From contig JAGUYC010000050.1 of NCBI GenBank assembly GCA_020061515.1, positions 1 through 55,383 on the forward strand: 55,383 nucleotides of DNA, written 5' to 3'. Origin of the DNA: Gemmatimonadota bacterium (GTDB lineage Bacteria > Orphanbacterota > Orphanbacteria > Orphanbacterales > Orphanbacteraceae). A model generated the notes under the pieces. It saw only the letters and a list, made by a program, of their open reading frames with translations. It was not told the DNA's origin and searched no databases. A program made the position numbers and the translations under genes. This document shows, piece by piece, positions 9,253-18,800 of this stretch; position 1 is the first letter of the stretch; each line of letters begins with the position of its first letter.

Positions 9253-10794
9253 CTAGAAGTTTCCTTTCATGATCAACCGAATCATGTCCTTATTGTCTGC
9301 GCCTCCGGCGAGATCTCCATCGTCGACCGGATTGTTCGAGTCGCCGATCCAGAAGGGACCGTACGAAAGGTACAAGTCCATATTTCTCTGCGGGCGGTAT
9401 TGGAGCTCGGTGAAGAGACCTTTGCGGAGCCTCGCCGGATCGTTCCCGAACGCGTAACGAGTGTACAGCTTGAGGTTCCCCGTCAGGTTCACCGCCGCCT
9501 CGAGCGAGACCAATTCCTTCTTGAGGTTCGTTTCCAGGTCCTTCAGCTTCCCCTGGACCCGCATCCACGCGAGGCGGCTCTCCACCTGAACCTCGCCGAA
9601 GAGATCGTAGTTCTTCGTCACGTCCTCGAAGAGCGGGTTGCTCGTGTCGACCGTCTTCCTCCGGTCGTACCAGAGCTTGCTCGTGAACCCGTTGACGTAC
9701 TCCGTGTAGACCTCGCCTCGCCAGCGCGTGAAGGTCTTCTTCTCGAAAACGTACTTCTCCCACTCCTCGTAGTCGAGGGTCAGCGTGATCGCGCGGCGCG
9801 GCAGGAGATACCAGCTGTTCACCTTCCATCCGACGAGATCGTTTGTGCTCTCGCCGAGGAAGCAGCTGAAGTCTGGCCCGAAATAGTAGTAGAGCGGCGC
9901 GATGTTGTAGTACCCGAGCGAAGGGGTCCCGAGCGTGATCGCTCGAATCTCGGCTTTCAACGCCGCGTTCCGGGGGAGCGCCGCGGAGAAACGATCGACC
10001 TCCCAATCGCCGAAGTGGAAACCGTCCTGGTCCGGCTTGTCGATTCCGATCTGTTTGCTGCTCGCGAACTCCAGGTAGAGATCCGTGTTCCCCAGCGTAG
10101 ACCGCGTGTCGAGCGCCCAGACCTCGTTGTAGTCGAGGTCCGACGCCGGCCCGATCACCTTTCGGTTGTAGGTCGCGCCGAGCCGGAAACGATCCATGAG
10201 GATCGGGCGCCATCTCAGGATGTGCGCGTCGTCGGTTGGGGAGGGCGCCGTGCCCCCGCCGACGCGGGATTGGCTGGAGAAATCGCTTAAGATGTAGGTA
10301 AAAACATCCGCCCAATTCTCCGTCTTGAGGTTGAAGCGGAACCCCTGCGCGTTGTCTCCGTCCTTCACCTGATGGGGCTGGACCACTTGAATGAGATGGT
10401 TCTCCACCCAGAAGCGGTCCTGCCGCGAGAAGAGATAGACCTCGGCGATCGATTTCTTGCCGCGGGGGAGGGTGACCGGCGTGTGAAAGCGCGCGTGGCT
10501 CTCCCGATACTGGAAGAGCGGCCGCTCGTTTTCGTTCCCCCCCGTGTACCAATCCGCCTCGAACTTCACGAACGTCTCGACGCCCGTGCGGGGCTGGGAA
10601 AAGATCCGGAACTGGCTCGCCGCGTACGTGTCGTTGTTGTTCGATTCGAAGTCCCACGGGAAGAAGCGGTCCTGCTTTCGGATGTCGAGCTGGAGCTGGT
10701 ACTCCCCCTCGATCACCGTGGCCGCGTCGGCGGAAAAGGGCGAGGCTCCGAGGAGCCCCGCGAGCAAGACCGAGAGCGCGACGGTCCCTCTCAT
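9253..10794 (-). CDS. Outer-membrane beta-barrel protein, paralogous to the barrel part of 6998..9181
   Basis: Internal ATG at 10794 gives MRGTVALSVLLAGLLGASPFSADA (signal peptide) and overlaps the upstream stop as ATGA (10791-10794). C-terminus ...LSYGPFW...MIRLIMKGNF resembles ...LSYGVDPF...EAIVRF of the neighbouring barrel. The listed start at 11043 lies inside the upstream gene. Confidence 0.65.
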   Translation of the reverse strand: MRGTVALSVLLAGLLGASPFSADAATVIEGEYQLQLDIRKQDRFFPWDFESNNNDTYAASQFRIFSQPRTGVETFVKFEADWYTGGNENERPLFQYRESHARFHTPVTLPRGKKSIAEVYLFSRQDRFWVENHLIQVVQPHQVKDGDNAQGFRFNLKTENWADVFTYILSDFSSQSRVGGGTAPSPTDDAHILRWRPILMDRFRLGATYNRKVIGPASDLDYNEVWALDTRSTLGNTDLYLEFASSKQIGIDKPDQDGFHFGDWEVDRFSAALPRNAALKAEIRAITLGTPSLGYYNIAPLYYYFGPDFSCFLGESTNDLVGWKVNSWYLLPRRAITLTLDYEEWEKYVFEKKTFTRWRGEVYTEYVNGFTSKLWYDRRKTVDTSNPLFEDVTKNYDLFGEVQVESRLAWMRVQGKLKDLETNLKKELVSLEAAVNLTGNLKLYTRYAFGNDPARLRKGLFTELQYRPQRNMDLYLSYGPFWIGDSNNPVDDGDLAGGADNKDMIRLIMKGNF

Positions 10795-11681
10795 CGCTCT
10801 CCCCCGATCGGGACGGTGATCGACGCCGTGTACGAGACGCCGAGCGTCTTGTGCGTCGCGAACCCCGCGTCGAAGAACCAAGACCCCGTGAGGACCCCGA
10901 ACCCGCCCCAGTACTCGTGGTCGAAGATCCCGCTCCGGAGGGCGAAGACATCGAAGAAGAGGACCTCGCCGCCGATCGCGGGGGAAAGGTCGCCTCTTCG
11001 GTTCGTTGCGAAGCCCCCGGAGACAAGGGAAGCTTCGTTCCATAGATAAGTGATTGAACCCTCAACCTCCGCTTCCATCCGCGTCCCTCCCCCCCCCCCA
11101 ACGAACTCGAACGCGGGCACTCCCACGTTTCGAAGGATCGCTCCGATGCGAAGGTCGCCGCGAGGCCGAACGATCGCCCCGACATCCGCGGCGAGCTTCG
11201 TCTGCGAGCCGTAATCGACCTTCTCCAGAGTTTCGAAATCGCGGAAGTCCGAGTAGCCGACGCGGAAGACCTTTCCCGTGATCCCGATCCCAAGCTCGCC
11301 GAGCATTGGAATCGAGGTCTGCCGGCCTGCGGAGAGGAAGAAGAGATCCTCGGAGACCACGCCCGCGAGTGACGTGCGGTGCCAGCCGACGCCCGCGGTT
11401 CCGAATGCAGGCGGAAGGGGAAGCGCGAAGGCGGCGAAGTTGATCGAGAGGTCCTCGACGACGTAGGGCCGGTTGTGCGCGAGAAGCACGGCCGCGCGCC
11501 TCTGCCAGGCAAGGCCGGCCGGGTTCCAATAGACCGCCGCCGGATCGTCCGCGAGCGCGTGGAACGTCTTCGCCATCGCGACCGCCCGCGCGCCCGTCTC
11601 GAGCCGATCGAAATACGCGCCGCCGGCCGAAGGGACGAAAAAGGCGAGAAGAAGCGCGAGAAATCCGGCCTTTCTCGTCAT
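10791..11681 (-). CDS. PorV/PorQ-like (FadL-fold) outer-membrane protein
   Basis: Internal ATG at 11681 gives MTRKAGFLALLLAFFVPSAGGA and overlaps the upstream stop as ATGA (11678-11681). The N-terminal motif GARAVAMAKTFHALADDPAAVYWNPAGLA matches, as I remember it, the GARxxGMGGAFxAVADDxSAxYWNPAGL signature of PorV/PorQ/UPF0164-type barrels. Confidence 0.55.
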   Translation of the reverse strand: MTRKAGFLALLLAFFVPSAGGAYFDRLETGARAVAMAKTFHALADDPAAVYWNPAGLAWQRRAAVLLAHNRPYVVEDLSINFAAFALPLPPAFGTAGVGWHRTSLAGVVSEDLFFLSAGRQTSIPMLGELGIGITGKVFRVGYSDFRDFETLEKVDYGSQTKLAADVGAIVRPRGDLRIGAILRNVGVPAFEFVGGGGGTRMEAEVEGSITYLWNEASLVSGGFATNRRGDLSPAIGGEVLFFDVFALRSGIFDHEYWGGFGVLTGSWFFDAGFATHKTLGVSYTASITVPIGGER

Positions 11682-12967
11682 CGAACCACCGAGAACGCCT
11701 TCGTGGTCCGGAAAACACCCGGCTCCACGACGAAGCGGAGAAGATAGATGCCGCCGGGGACGAAGCGCCCACTCTCGTCGCGGCCGTCCCACCAATCCAG
11801 AGCCGGATTCTGCGGGGCGACCACCGGCCGCACGTCCTCGCGGAAGAGAAGACGCACGCGCTCGCCCTTCAAACTGTAGATCTCCGCGCTGACGGTGATG
11901 CCGCGGAAGAAGTCGGTCGTGTCAGGCTCCGGAGAGAGCGTGAAGTCGAAACGGAGAAGACGCCCCTCCTCGGGCGAGACGATCGGATCGCGGAACGTGA
12001 GCGTGCTGAACGAGAAGTTCTTCGGGGTGACCGGCGGATCCACGAAGAACGCGCGCCGGCTCGTGACGCCGACGCCGATGTCGGCCAGGCTGTCGGGAGG
12101 CAGGGTATCGACCACGCTCTCCTCCCAGACGAACACCTTCCGTCCGTCTCCCGTGACGTAGGATGTATCATCGAGCGGAAGGATCGCGAAGTTGTCGATG
12201 GTCACCTGGTTCGAGGACTCGATCGTGTGTCCGCCCAGATTGTCGGGCGCCGAGTCGGGGCCGCCCGTGCCGTCCGCCCCGGCCGTGAGGATCGCCACGA
12301 CCCGGATCGACCGGACCTCGTCGAGCCCGTTCGGAAGAACGTAGACCGAATCTCGCTGGGTCGGATCCCAGCGGCGCTCGAGCGTCTCTCCGTAGAAGAC
12401 CGGCCAAGGGATCCGCGCCTCCATCGATCGCCCGGTGTTCCCTTGGGCGAAGGTCGCGACCGTCTCGAAGAGGGAGATATCGACCTGAGTCACCTGGTTC
12501 TCGCGCGCGAAACGCCAGAGCTGCGGGGTTGTGTTTCCGTCCCACGTGGCCAGGAAAAGATCGGGGAAAAGATTTCCCGCGAACACGAAGTTCCGGCGCC
12601 ACGAGTTCAGCTCCGTCATCTTGTCGAGACCGCCGGGGCGATAGTCGAAAAGAAGAATGATGTTGTTGTCCCAAGCGATCCCATCGACCGCGACGTATAA
12701 ATTGTCGCTGTCCCAAGTGACCTTGATCTGGTTGATGTCGTTATTGAAGCCCCACTTCGAGTCGTTGTCCCTCTCCTGGGCCACGACCTCGAGAACGCCG
12801 TCTCCGTTCACGTCGATGAGGGTGTCCACGAAGACGACCTCGTCCGCCTCGAAGTCGTTCGAGTAGCCGTCGATGGCAATGCGGTTCGTAAGATCCGCGC
12901 CCGTGGTCGCGAGGGCCGGAAGAACGAGCGATGCAGAAAGGAAGAGCGTAGCGGTGACTCGCCGCAT
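11678..12967 (-). CDS. Surface protein: CBM9/DOMON-like sugar-binding module plus FlgD-Ig/T9SS-type C-terminal domain
   Basis: Signal peptide MRRVTATLFLSASLVLPALA from ATG 12967; ATG 13048 is an alternative start and neither has a good SD. IDGYSNDFE...IKVTWDSDNLYVAVDG...EARIPWPVFYG is a module shared with 15900..19907 and 27393..29438. The C-terminus AEIYSLKGERVRLLF...WDGRDESGRFVPGGIYLLRF is a CTD-like fold signature. Confidence 0.65.
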   Translation of the reverse strand: MRRVTATLFLSASLVLPALATTGADLTNRIAIDGYSNDFEADEVVFVDTLIDVNGDGVLEVVAQERDNDSKWGFNNDINQIKVTWDSDNLYVAVDGIAWDNNIILLFDYRPGGLDKMTELNSWRRNFVFAGNLFPDLFLATWDGNTTPQLWRFARENQVTQVDISLFETVATFAQGNTGRSMEARIPWPVFYGETLERRWDPTQRDSVYVLPNGLDEVRSIRVVAILTAGADGTGGPDSAPDNLGGHTIESSNQVTIDNFAILPLDDTSYVTGDGRKVFVWEESVVDTLPPDSLADIGVGVTSRRAFFVDPPVTPKNFSFSTLTFRDPIVSPEEGRLLRFDFTLSPEPDTTDFFRGITVSAEIYSLKGERVRLLFREDVRPVVAPQNPALDWWDGRDESGRFVPGGIYLLRFVVEPGVFRTTKAFSVVR

Positions 12968-13056
12968 GAGAATGAGAAGCCGTCCGGGAAACGGCCGATC
13001 CTTTCGCCGGGAGAGTAGCAGCCGCCCGAATCGAGAGTCAAGAATCATCGCGGCTC

Positions 13057-13085
13057 TTGAGATGCCGGGCGGCGAGCTCTATGAT
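13057..13085 (+). promoter_or_regulatory. Candidate sigma-70-type promoter for the GH13/GH57-like gene pair
   Basis: TTGAGA (13057-13062), 17-nt spacer, TATGAT (13080-13085), about 35 nt upstream of ATG 13121. Similar consensus-like promoters are seen at 48330-48358 and 54172-54200. Confidence 0.35.
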
Positions 13086-13120
13086 CGGACCAGGTCCGTG
13101 ACCCAACCAAGGAGCGAACG

Positions 13121-15781
13121 ATGCGACACCGAACCTCCCTGCTCGCTTTCCTTGTTCTCCTCGCAGGAACTTTCGAGGCCCGCGCGGAGACCGCCGTTCT
13201 CTTCCGCTACGACGCCGGCGAGCCCGGCCGGCGGGTCTTCGTCGCGGGCGAATGGAATCGATGGGACCCTTCCGCCGACCCGATGCTCGACGCCGACGGA
13301 GACGGGATCTACGAGAAGACGATCGCGCTCCCTCCGGGTCGGCACGAATACAAGTTCGTCGTGGACGGCGTTTGGATCGAGGATCCGAACGCGAGCGAAT
13401 CGGTCCCGAACCCGTACGGCTCGTCGAACTCGGTCGTGTACGCCGGAGCCGCTCCGGAACCCGGCGTCTATCGGATCGCCGCCCGCGGCGCGGAGACGCC
13501 GGCCGCGGAGATCCGCGAGGTGCTCTTCTCGTTCCGGCCCGACCGAACCCCTCGGGCCGTCTTCCTCGCCGGAACCTTCAACGATTGGAAGCCGGACGCT
13601 CAAGCGATGGACGGCCCGGACGCCGAAGGGCGCTTCCGCGTCCGCCTTGCGCTCCCTCCCGGCGAGTACCAGTACAAGTTCGTCACCGACGGCTCCTGGT
13701 ATCACGACCCGGCGAACGAGAAGACGACCGACGACGGCTTCGGCGGCTTCAACTCGATCCTCGTCGTGGACGACCGCTTCCACGCGATCCCGCTCCGCGC
13801 GGGGGATGGTAGCATTTGGGAGGGGACGCTCTCTCTCGCGCCGGACCACGTGAGCGCGGTGCGCACCGAGGCCGGGCGCGTCGTCGTGACCGCCCGCGCC
13901 CATCAGGGCGACGTCACCGGTGCGGAGATCCTCTTTCGACGGGGAGGTTCCGAGAGCCGGGTTCCCATGCGCGCGCTCGGAGGAGACGGCCGCTACATCT
14001 ACTTTCGAGGGGAGCTGGACGCCGGCCCCGGCGTCGAGGGGCGCATCGGCATCGTTCTCGCCGACGGGGATTCATCGCGCATCGTGACGCGCTCCGGGCT
14101 CGCCAGAGAAGCGAGCGACGCCCAGCTTCTCGAGATCAACGCGATCGGAACCCCTCTCTTCTCCATCCCCGATTGGGTGGTCGACGGAGTTTTCTATCAG
14201 ATCTTTCCCGAGCGCTTCCACAACGGGAACAAGAAGAACGATCCCGATTTCCGCGAACCGTACTACGCGGGGAAGACGACGCTGCCCGAAGGGGGGAAGA
14301 CCAACAGCGAGCACTACCACCTCGTGAAGGACTGGCACGATGTTTCCGGTCTGTCCAAGAGTCCCCACCGGACCGACGGCCGACCCGACTACTTCTCGTT
14401 CTACGGGGGAGACCTCGAGGGGGTGCTCGAAAAACTCCCCTATCTAAAAGATCTCGGCGTCACCATTCTTTACTTCAATCCTCTCCACACGGGGAAATCG
14501 AACCACAAGTACGACGCGTGCAACTATCGCGAGACGGATCCCCATTTCGGAGGGAACAAGGCTTTCCGAAAGCTCGCCGACGCCGCCCACGAGGCGGGGA
14601 TGCGGATCGTCGTCGACGGCGTCTTCAACCACACGGGGAACTGCCACTACGCGTTCGTGGACTGTGTGGAGAAGGGGAAGGACTCGCCCTATTGGCTCTG
14701 GTACGAGTGGAGGAAGTGGCCGCTCCCCGAGACGTTCGGGGAGGGAGAGAAGGCGAGCGATTACTACGACTGCTGGTGGGGACACGGCGATCTTCCCAAC
14801 TTGAACTTCGATCTCTCGCGGCCGAACGCCACCGAGCAGGCGGCGACACGGATCTCGGAGGCGATGCCGAACGAACCGGTTCTCGAGGAGATTCGGGCGG
14901 CGGTCCGCTTCTGGCTGGAAGAGATGAACGCCGACGGGTTCCGGCTCGACGTGGCGAACGAAGTGCCGGCTTGGGTGTGGAGGATCTTTCGGGAAGAGGC
15001 GCGGCGGGTGAAGCCAGACGGCTTCGTGATCGCCGAGCTCTGGGGAAGCGCCGCGGCCGATCTCTCGCCGCTCCGCTTCGACGCCACGATGAACTACCGC
15101 TACTTCCGGGATCCATGCCTGGCCTTCTTCGCCCGAAGCAACATCGATGCGTCGGTTTTCGATCGGCAGCTTGCCGGCGGACGGTTCGGCTATCCGCTCC
15201 CCTCCGTTCTCGGGGCGATGAACCTCCTCGGCTCGCACGACACGGAGCGCTTCCTCACGCTCGCCGGAGGCGACACGCGGCGTCTTCTTCTCGCGTCGCT
15301 CTTCGCGGCCACCTACGTCGGCGTCCCTCACATCTATTACGGAGACGAGATCGGTATGGAGGGCGGACCCGATCCCGACTGCCGCCGCCCCTTCGAATGG
15401 AAGACGCTCGAGACCCCGCGCGGCACGGCGATCCGCGAGCGCGTGCGCGACTATCTCGCGATCCGGCGGGATCATCCCGCGCTTCGGCGCGGAGAGTTCC
15501 GCACGCTTCTCGCCGAGGGGAAGGTCTACGCATACGCGCGGTGGACCGATGAGGAGAGGCTCGCGGTCTTCCTGAACGCAGGCGGCGCGCCCGTGACGGT
15601 GATCCTGGAGCCCGAGGCTCTCCCCTTCGAGTCGGGGAGCTCGTTCGATCTCTTCGCGGGGCGCGAGACGGCGATCGAGGAGGGCCTCTTTCGGATCTCG
15701 CTCGAACCGTTTTCCGGAACGATCCTTCGGTTCCCGAAGAGCGAGAGCGAGCCCGCGCCTGTTGATTCGCAATCTCAATAA
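13121..15781 (+). CDS. Secreted GH13 alpha-amylase-family enzyme (neopullulanase/cyclomaltodextrinase-like) with two N-terminal CBM48 modules
   Basis: AAGGAG 6 nt upstream of the ATG and signal peptide MRHRTSLLAFLVLLAGTFEARA. CBM48 modules: VFVAGEWNRWD..GRHEYKFVVDGVWIEDPNA and VFLAGTFNDWK..GEYQYKFVTDGSWYHDPAN. GH13 regions I-IV: DGVFNHTG, GFRLDVANEV, VIAELWG, LLGSHDTERF; also VFYQIFPERF. Confidence 0.9.
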   Translation: MRHRTSLLAFLVLLAGTFEARAETAVLFRYDAGEPGRRVFVAGEWNRWDPSADPMLDADGDGIYEKTIALPPGRHEYKFVVDGVWIEDPNASESVPNPYGSSNSVVYAGAAPEPGVYRIAARGAETPAAEIREVLFSFRPDRTPRAVFLAGTFNDWKPDAQAMDGPDAEGRFRVRLALPPGEYQYKFVTDGSWYHDPANEKTTDDGFGGFNSILVVDDRFHAIPLRAGDGSIWEGTLSLAPDHVSAVRTEAGRVVVTARAHQGDVTGAEILFRRGGSESRVPMRALGGDGRYIYFRGELDAGPGVEGRIGIVLADGDSSRIVTRSGLAREASDAQLLEINAIGTPLFSIPDWVVDGVFYQIFPERFHNGNKKNDPDFREPYYAGKTTLPEGGKTNSEHYHLVKDWHDVSGLSKSPHRTDGRPDYFSFYGGDLEGVLEKLPYLKDLGVTILYFNPLHTGKSNHKYDACNYRETDPHFGGNKAFRKLADAAHEAGMRIVVDGVFNHTGNCHYAFVDCVEKGKDSPYWLWYEWRKWPLPETFGEGEKASDYYDCWWGHGDLPNLNFDLSRPNATEQAATRISEAMPNEPVLEEIRAAVRFWLEEMNADGFRLDVANEVPAWVWRIFREEARRVKPDGFVIAELWGSAAADLSPLRFDATMNYRYFRDPCLAFFARSNIDASVFDRQLAGGRFGYPLPSVLGAMNLLGSHDTERFLTLAGGDTRRLLLASLFAATYVGVPHIYYGDEIGMEGGPDPDCRRPFEWKTLETPRGTAIRERVRDYLAIRRDHPALRRGEFRTLLAEGKVYAYARWTDEERLAVFLNAGGAPVTVILEPEALPFESGSSFDLFAGRETAIEEGLFRISLEPFSGTILRFPKSESEPAPVDSQSQ

Positions 15782-15899
15782 TGGTATAATCCTCGAGAGA
15801 TTCGGGAGATACGGTCTTCTCTTCGGCGCTCGCGGCGGGATGAGAAGGCTCCCTCCCGCTTGCCGCTCCCCGAACGTTCGTCCGAAAAGGAGAAAGCTC

Positions 15900-18800
15900 A
15901 TGCGTTTCGCGCACGTCGCCGCGTACGGTCTTCTGGCCGTCTCTCTCGCGATCCCCTTCCCCCTTTTCGCAGCGCCGTCCTCCCCCGCGCCCGCGCCGGG
16001 GATCGACGCCGCGGGCGATCCGACCGCCTACGGTCCCGAACACGCGAAGGCGCTCGCGCCCGTTTACGACACGGCAAGGCCCGGGGCGCGCGCGGCCGAC
16101 CTCATGGCCTTCTACTACGACCAGAACGTCGATCGCCTTGCGTTCCGCGTTCAGCTCTTCGACATCGGATCGTCCGACGAAACCGTCAACCGCATGAAAG
16201 ATTCGAACACGAAGATCTACATCGCCCTCGACTACACCGACGGAGGGACGCGCGCGCTTCCCGACGGGATTCGCGGCGAGGCGCCTATTCTCTGGGACCG
16301 CGTGCTTCGCATCGGATACGATGAAGCCGGCGCGCTCCGAGGCACCTTGCTCGACCCCTCGTTCGGCGGGGGAGAGACGGACCGCGTGAGGCGCGTTCAC
16401 GTTTCGCTCCGGCACGACATGGTTGAGGGCTCGATCCATCTTCCCGGCGGTTTCGAGGAGGCGGCGATCCGCGCCGCGGGGAAGAGCGGAGCCGTATACG
16501 AAGAGATCGCCGAGGCGGCCGCCGCGGGCGATCGGACGCCGGTCCGCTTCTACGTCTTCACCGCGCAAGGGAACGAGCTTCAGGACGCGATCGAGGCGGA
16601 CAACGCCTCGCGCCCCGGCGACCACAACGTCGCCTTCATGGTGCACGGCAATCAGGGACTCACCTGGACGTCGGTGTTTTACGGGGAGCGCGGCGAGAAC
16701 GCGTCCTACCCGGGCGATCCGAACAACCCGGACGACGGATTCGACGAAATCCTCGATTGCCACCGCTACTACGACATTCCGCTCAACATCCACCTCGCCG
16801 GACAGCTTCAGACGAGCGCCGAGTGGCACAACCCCGAGTTCAACGACTCGATCGCCTCGGCGGTCGCCCAGGGATGGGGAGACATCATCACCTCCGCATA
16901 CGCGCAGCACATGATGCCCTTCGTGCACAACAACATGAACGATTGGGCGGTGCACATCGAGAAAGTGATGTCGGACTGGCGCTACGGGGACACGGCGGTC
17001 GTCGCGTGGGTTCCCGAGCGCGTGTGGCTCGAGAACCCGGACAACGACGGGAACGGCATCACGGCGAGCGGAGGCGTCGTCGACAACACGCTTCTCGACA
17101 ACTGGATGAACCACGGCGTGCGCGCGGTGCTCCTCGACGACTACATCCATCTCGACTACTACAACGACTGGGCGAACGACCGCCACGTCTACGTTCATTC
17201 CAACGGCCTCAAGTTCATCCCGATGGACGGCGACTTCGTCGGCGCGATGGACAACGACTGGGGCAGCGCGTGGAACATGATCGTGAACCTCTCCTCCGAC
17301 GAGATCCTCGTCTACGGAAACGACTGGGAGATCCCGGCGGAGGTGAGCCAGGGCGCCTGGAACCAGTACGCGCTGAACAACTGGATCCACGTGATCCGCC
17401 AGTGCTGGCTGAACAGCGGGACGGTCGCCGTCTGGAAGCTCTCCGACGTCATTCACCACGGTCCGTTCATCTCCGGAATCTCGAACCCAACGATCCAGAA
17501 CGGGACCTACGGCCTTCTCGGCGGCAAGTGGGGATACGGCGGCGGCAACAACTCGTGGTACATCCATTGGGCGGGATACAGCGATCCGGCGCACGTGTGG
17601 GATTTCCACACGCCGACGTGGAACTACGGAACCATCTGGACCAACGCGTACAACACGATCATGGCGAGCCCTGCGAACGACCTTTCCGAAACCGCGTGGT
17701 ACGTGATGATGACCAACCTTCACGAGACCGGTTGGCACGACGAAGGCGAGATCAGCGGCTGGATCTACCGCTACTCGAACAAGATCAAGAACGCGAACGT
17801 CTACGCCGAGGCGGCGCGCTGGGCGAACGGCGACTACGCGAGCGCGACCGGGGCCTATCTTTCGGACATCGATCAAGACGGACAGGTCGAGGGGGTCATC
17901 CACAACGACAAGCTCTTCGCGGTGATCGAGCCGATCGGCGGGCGCATCGTCCATCTCTTCGCCCAGGAGACGGGCGACGAGTACTCGGTCATCGGGAACT
18001 GCAACGTCTACTGGACGGATACCGAAGGAGATTACAACGAGGGGAACCACGTCGGCGGCCTCTCGGACGTCAGCGTCGCCGGCCTCGACCGCGAGCACGA
18101 TCTCTACACGATCTCGGTGGTCGCCGGCTCGGGGAACAAGGTCGCGCTCGATCTCGTCCATGCGAATGTGACCAAGCGGCTGAACCTCGAGCTCGGCAAG
18201 AAGTATCTCGACGTCGTGTACGACGCCGCGGGGCAGGACGTCTACGTGAAGAGCGGCTTCTCCCCCGACCTTCTCGACCTCATCTGGAACGCGCGTTCCG
18301 ACCGCGTGTGGGCGGCGACGCCGGTCTCGGGGGCCTACTTCGGCCAGCGGAACCCGAACTCGGGTGCGACGGCGGCGATCGTGGTCGGCAACGGCGGCGC
18401 GCGCCACAACCTGCAGTACAACTCAACGCTCATGGGCGTGGAGGAGCTCTTCGGAAGCGGCCAGTTCGAGATGTACCTCTTCGCGGGCGAAACGGCGGCG
18501 CCCGACGGCCAGGGGAACATCGCCGAGCTGCAGACCTTGGCGAGCGCGCTCTCCGACACGCTGAAGCCGCGCGCCGTCTCCGCGACCTACTTCCCGACGC
18601 CGGACCGCATCTCGATTCTCTTCAACGAGAAGGTGAAGTACGACCAGGTCGTCGTGGCCGGCTTCAAGGTGGACGACGACGACGACGGCATCGCGGATGT
18701 AACCTTCTCCTCCGGTTGCACGGTCGTCACGACGAGTAACAGCGTGCGGATCGACATCGCCCTCGACGCTGCGACCGCCTCCGCCATCGAGGGCCTGAAT

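Noticed and set aside
9290-11512. 740-aa minus-strand ORF spanning the barrel and PorV-like genes
   Set aside because: It runs out of frame across two genes that have signal peptides, ATGA coupling and OMP-like termini. Its product is Arg/Ser/Pro-rich with no structure signals.
15255-18407. 1050-aa minus-strand ORF overlapping the GH13 3-prime end and the GH57-like gene
   Set aside because: Low-complexity Arg/Asp/Val composition and antisense to two plus-strand genes that carry clear family motifs, signal peptides and SD sequences.
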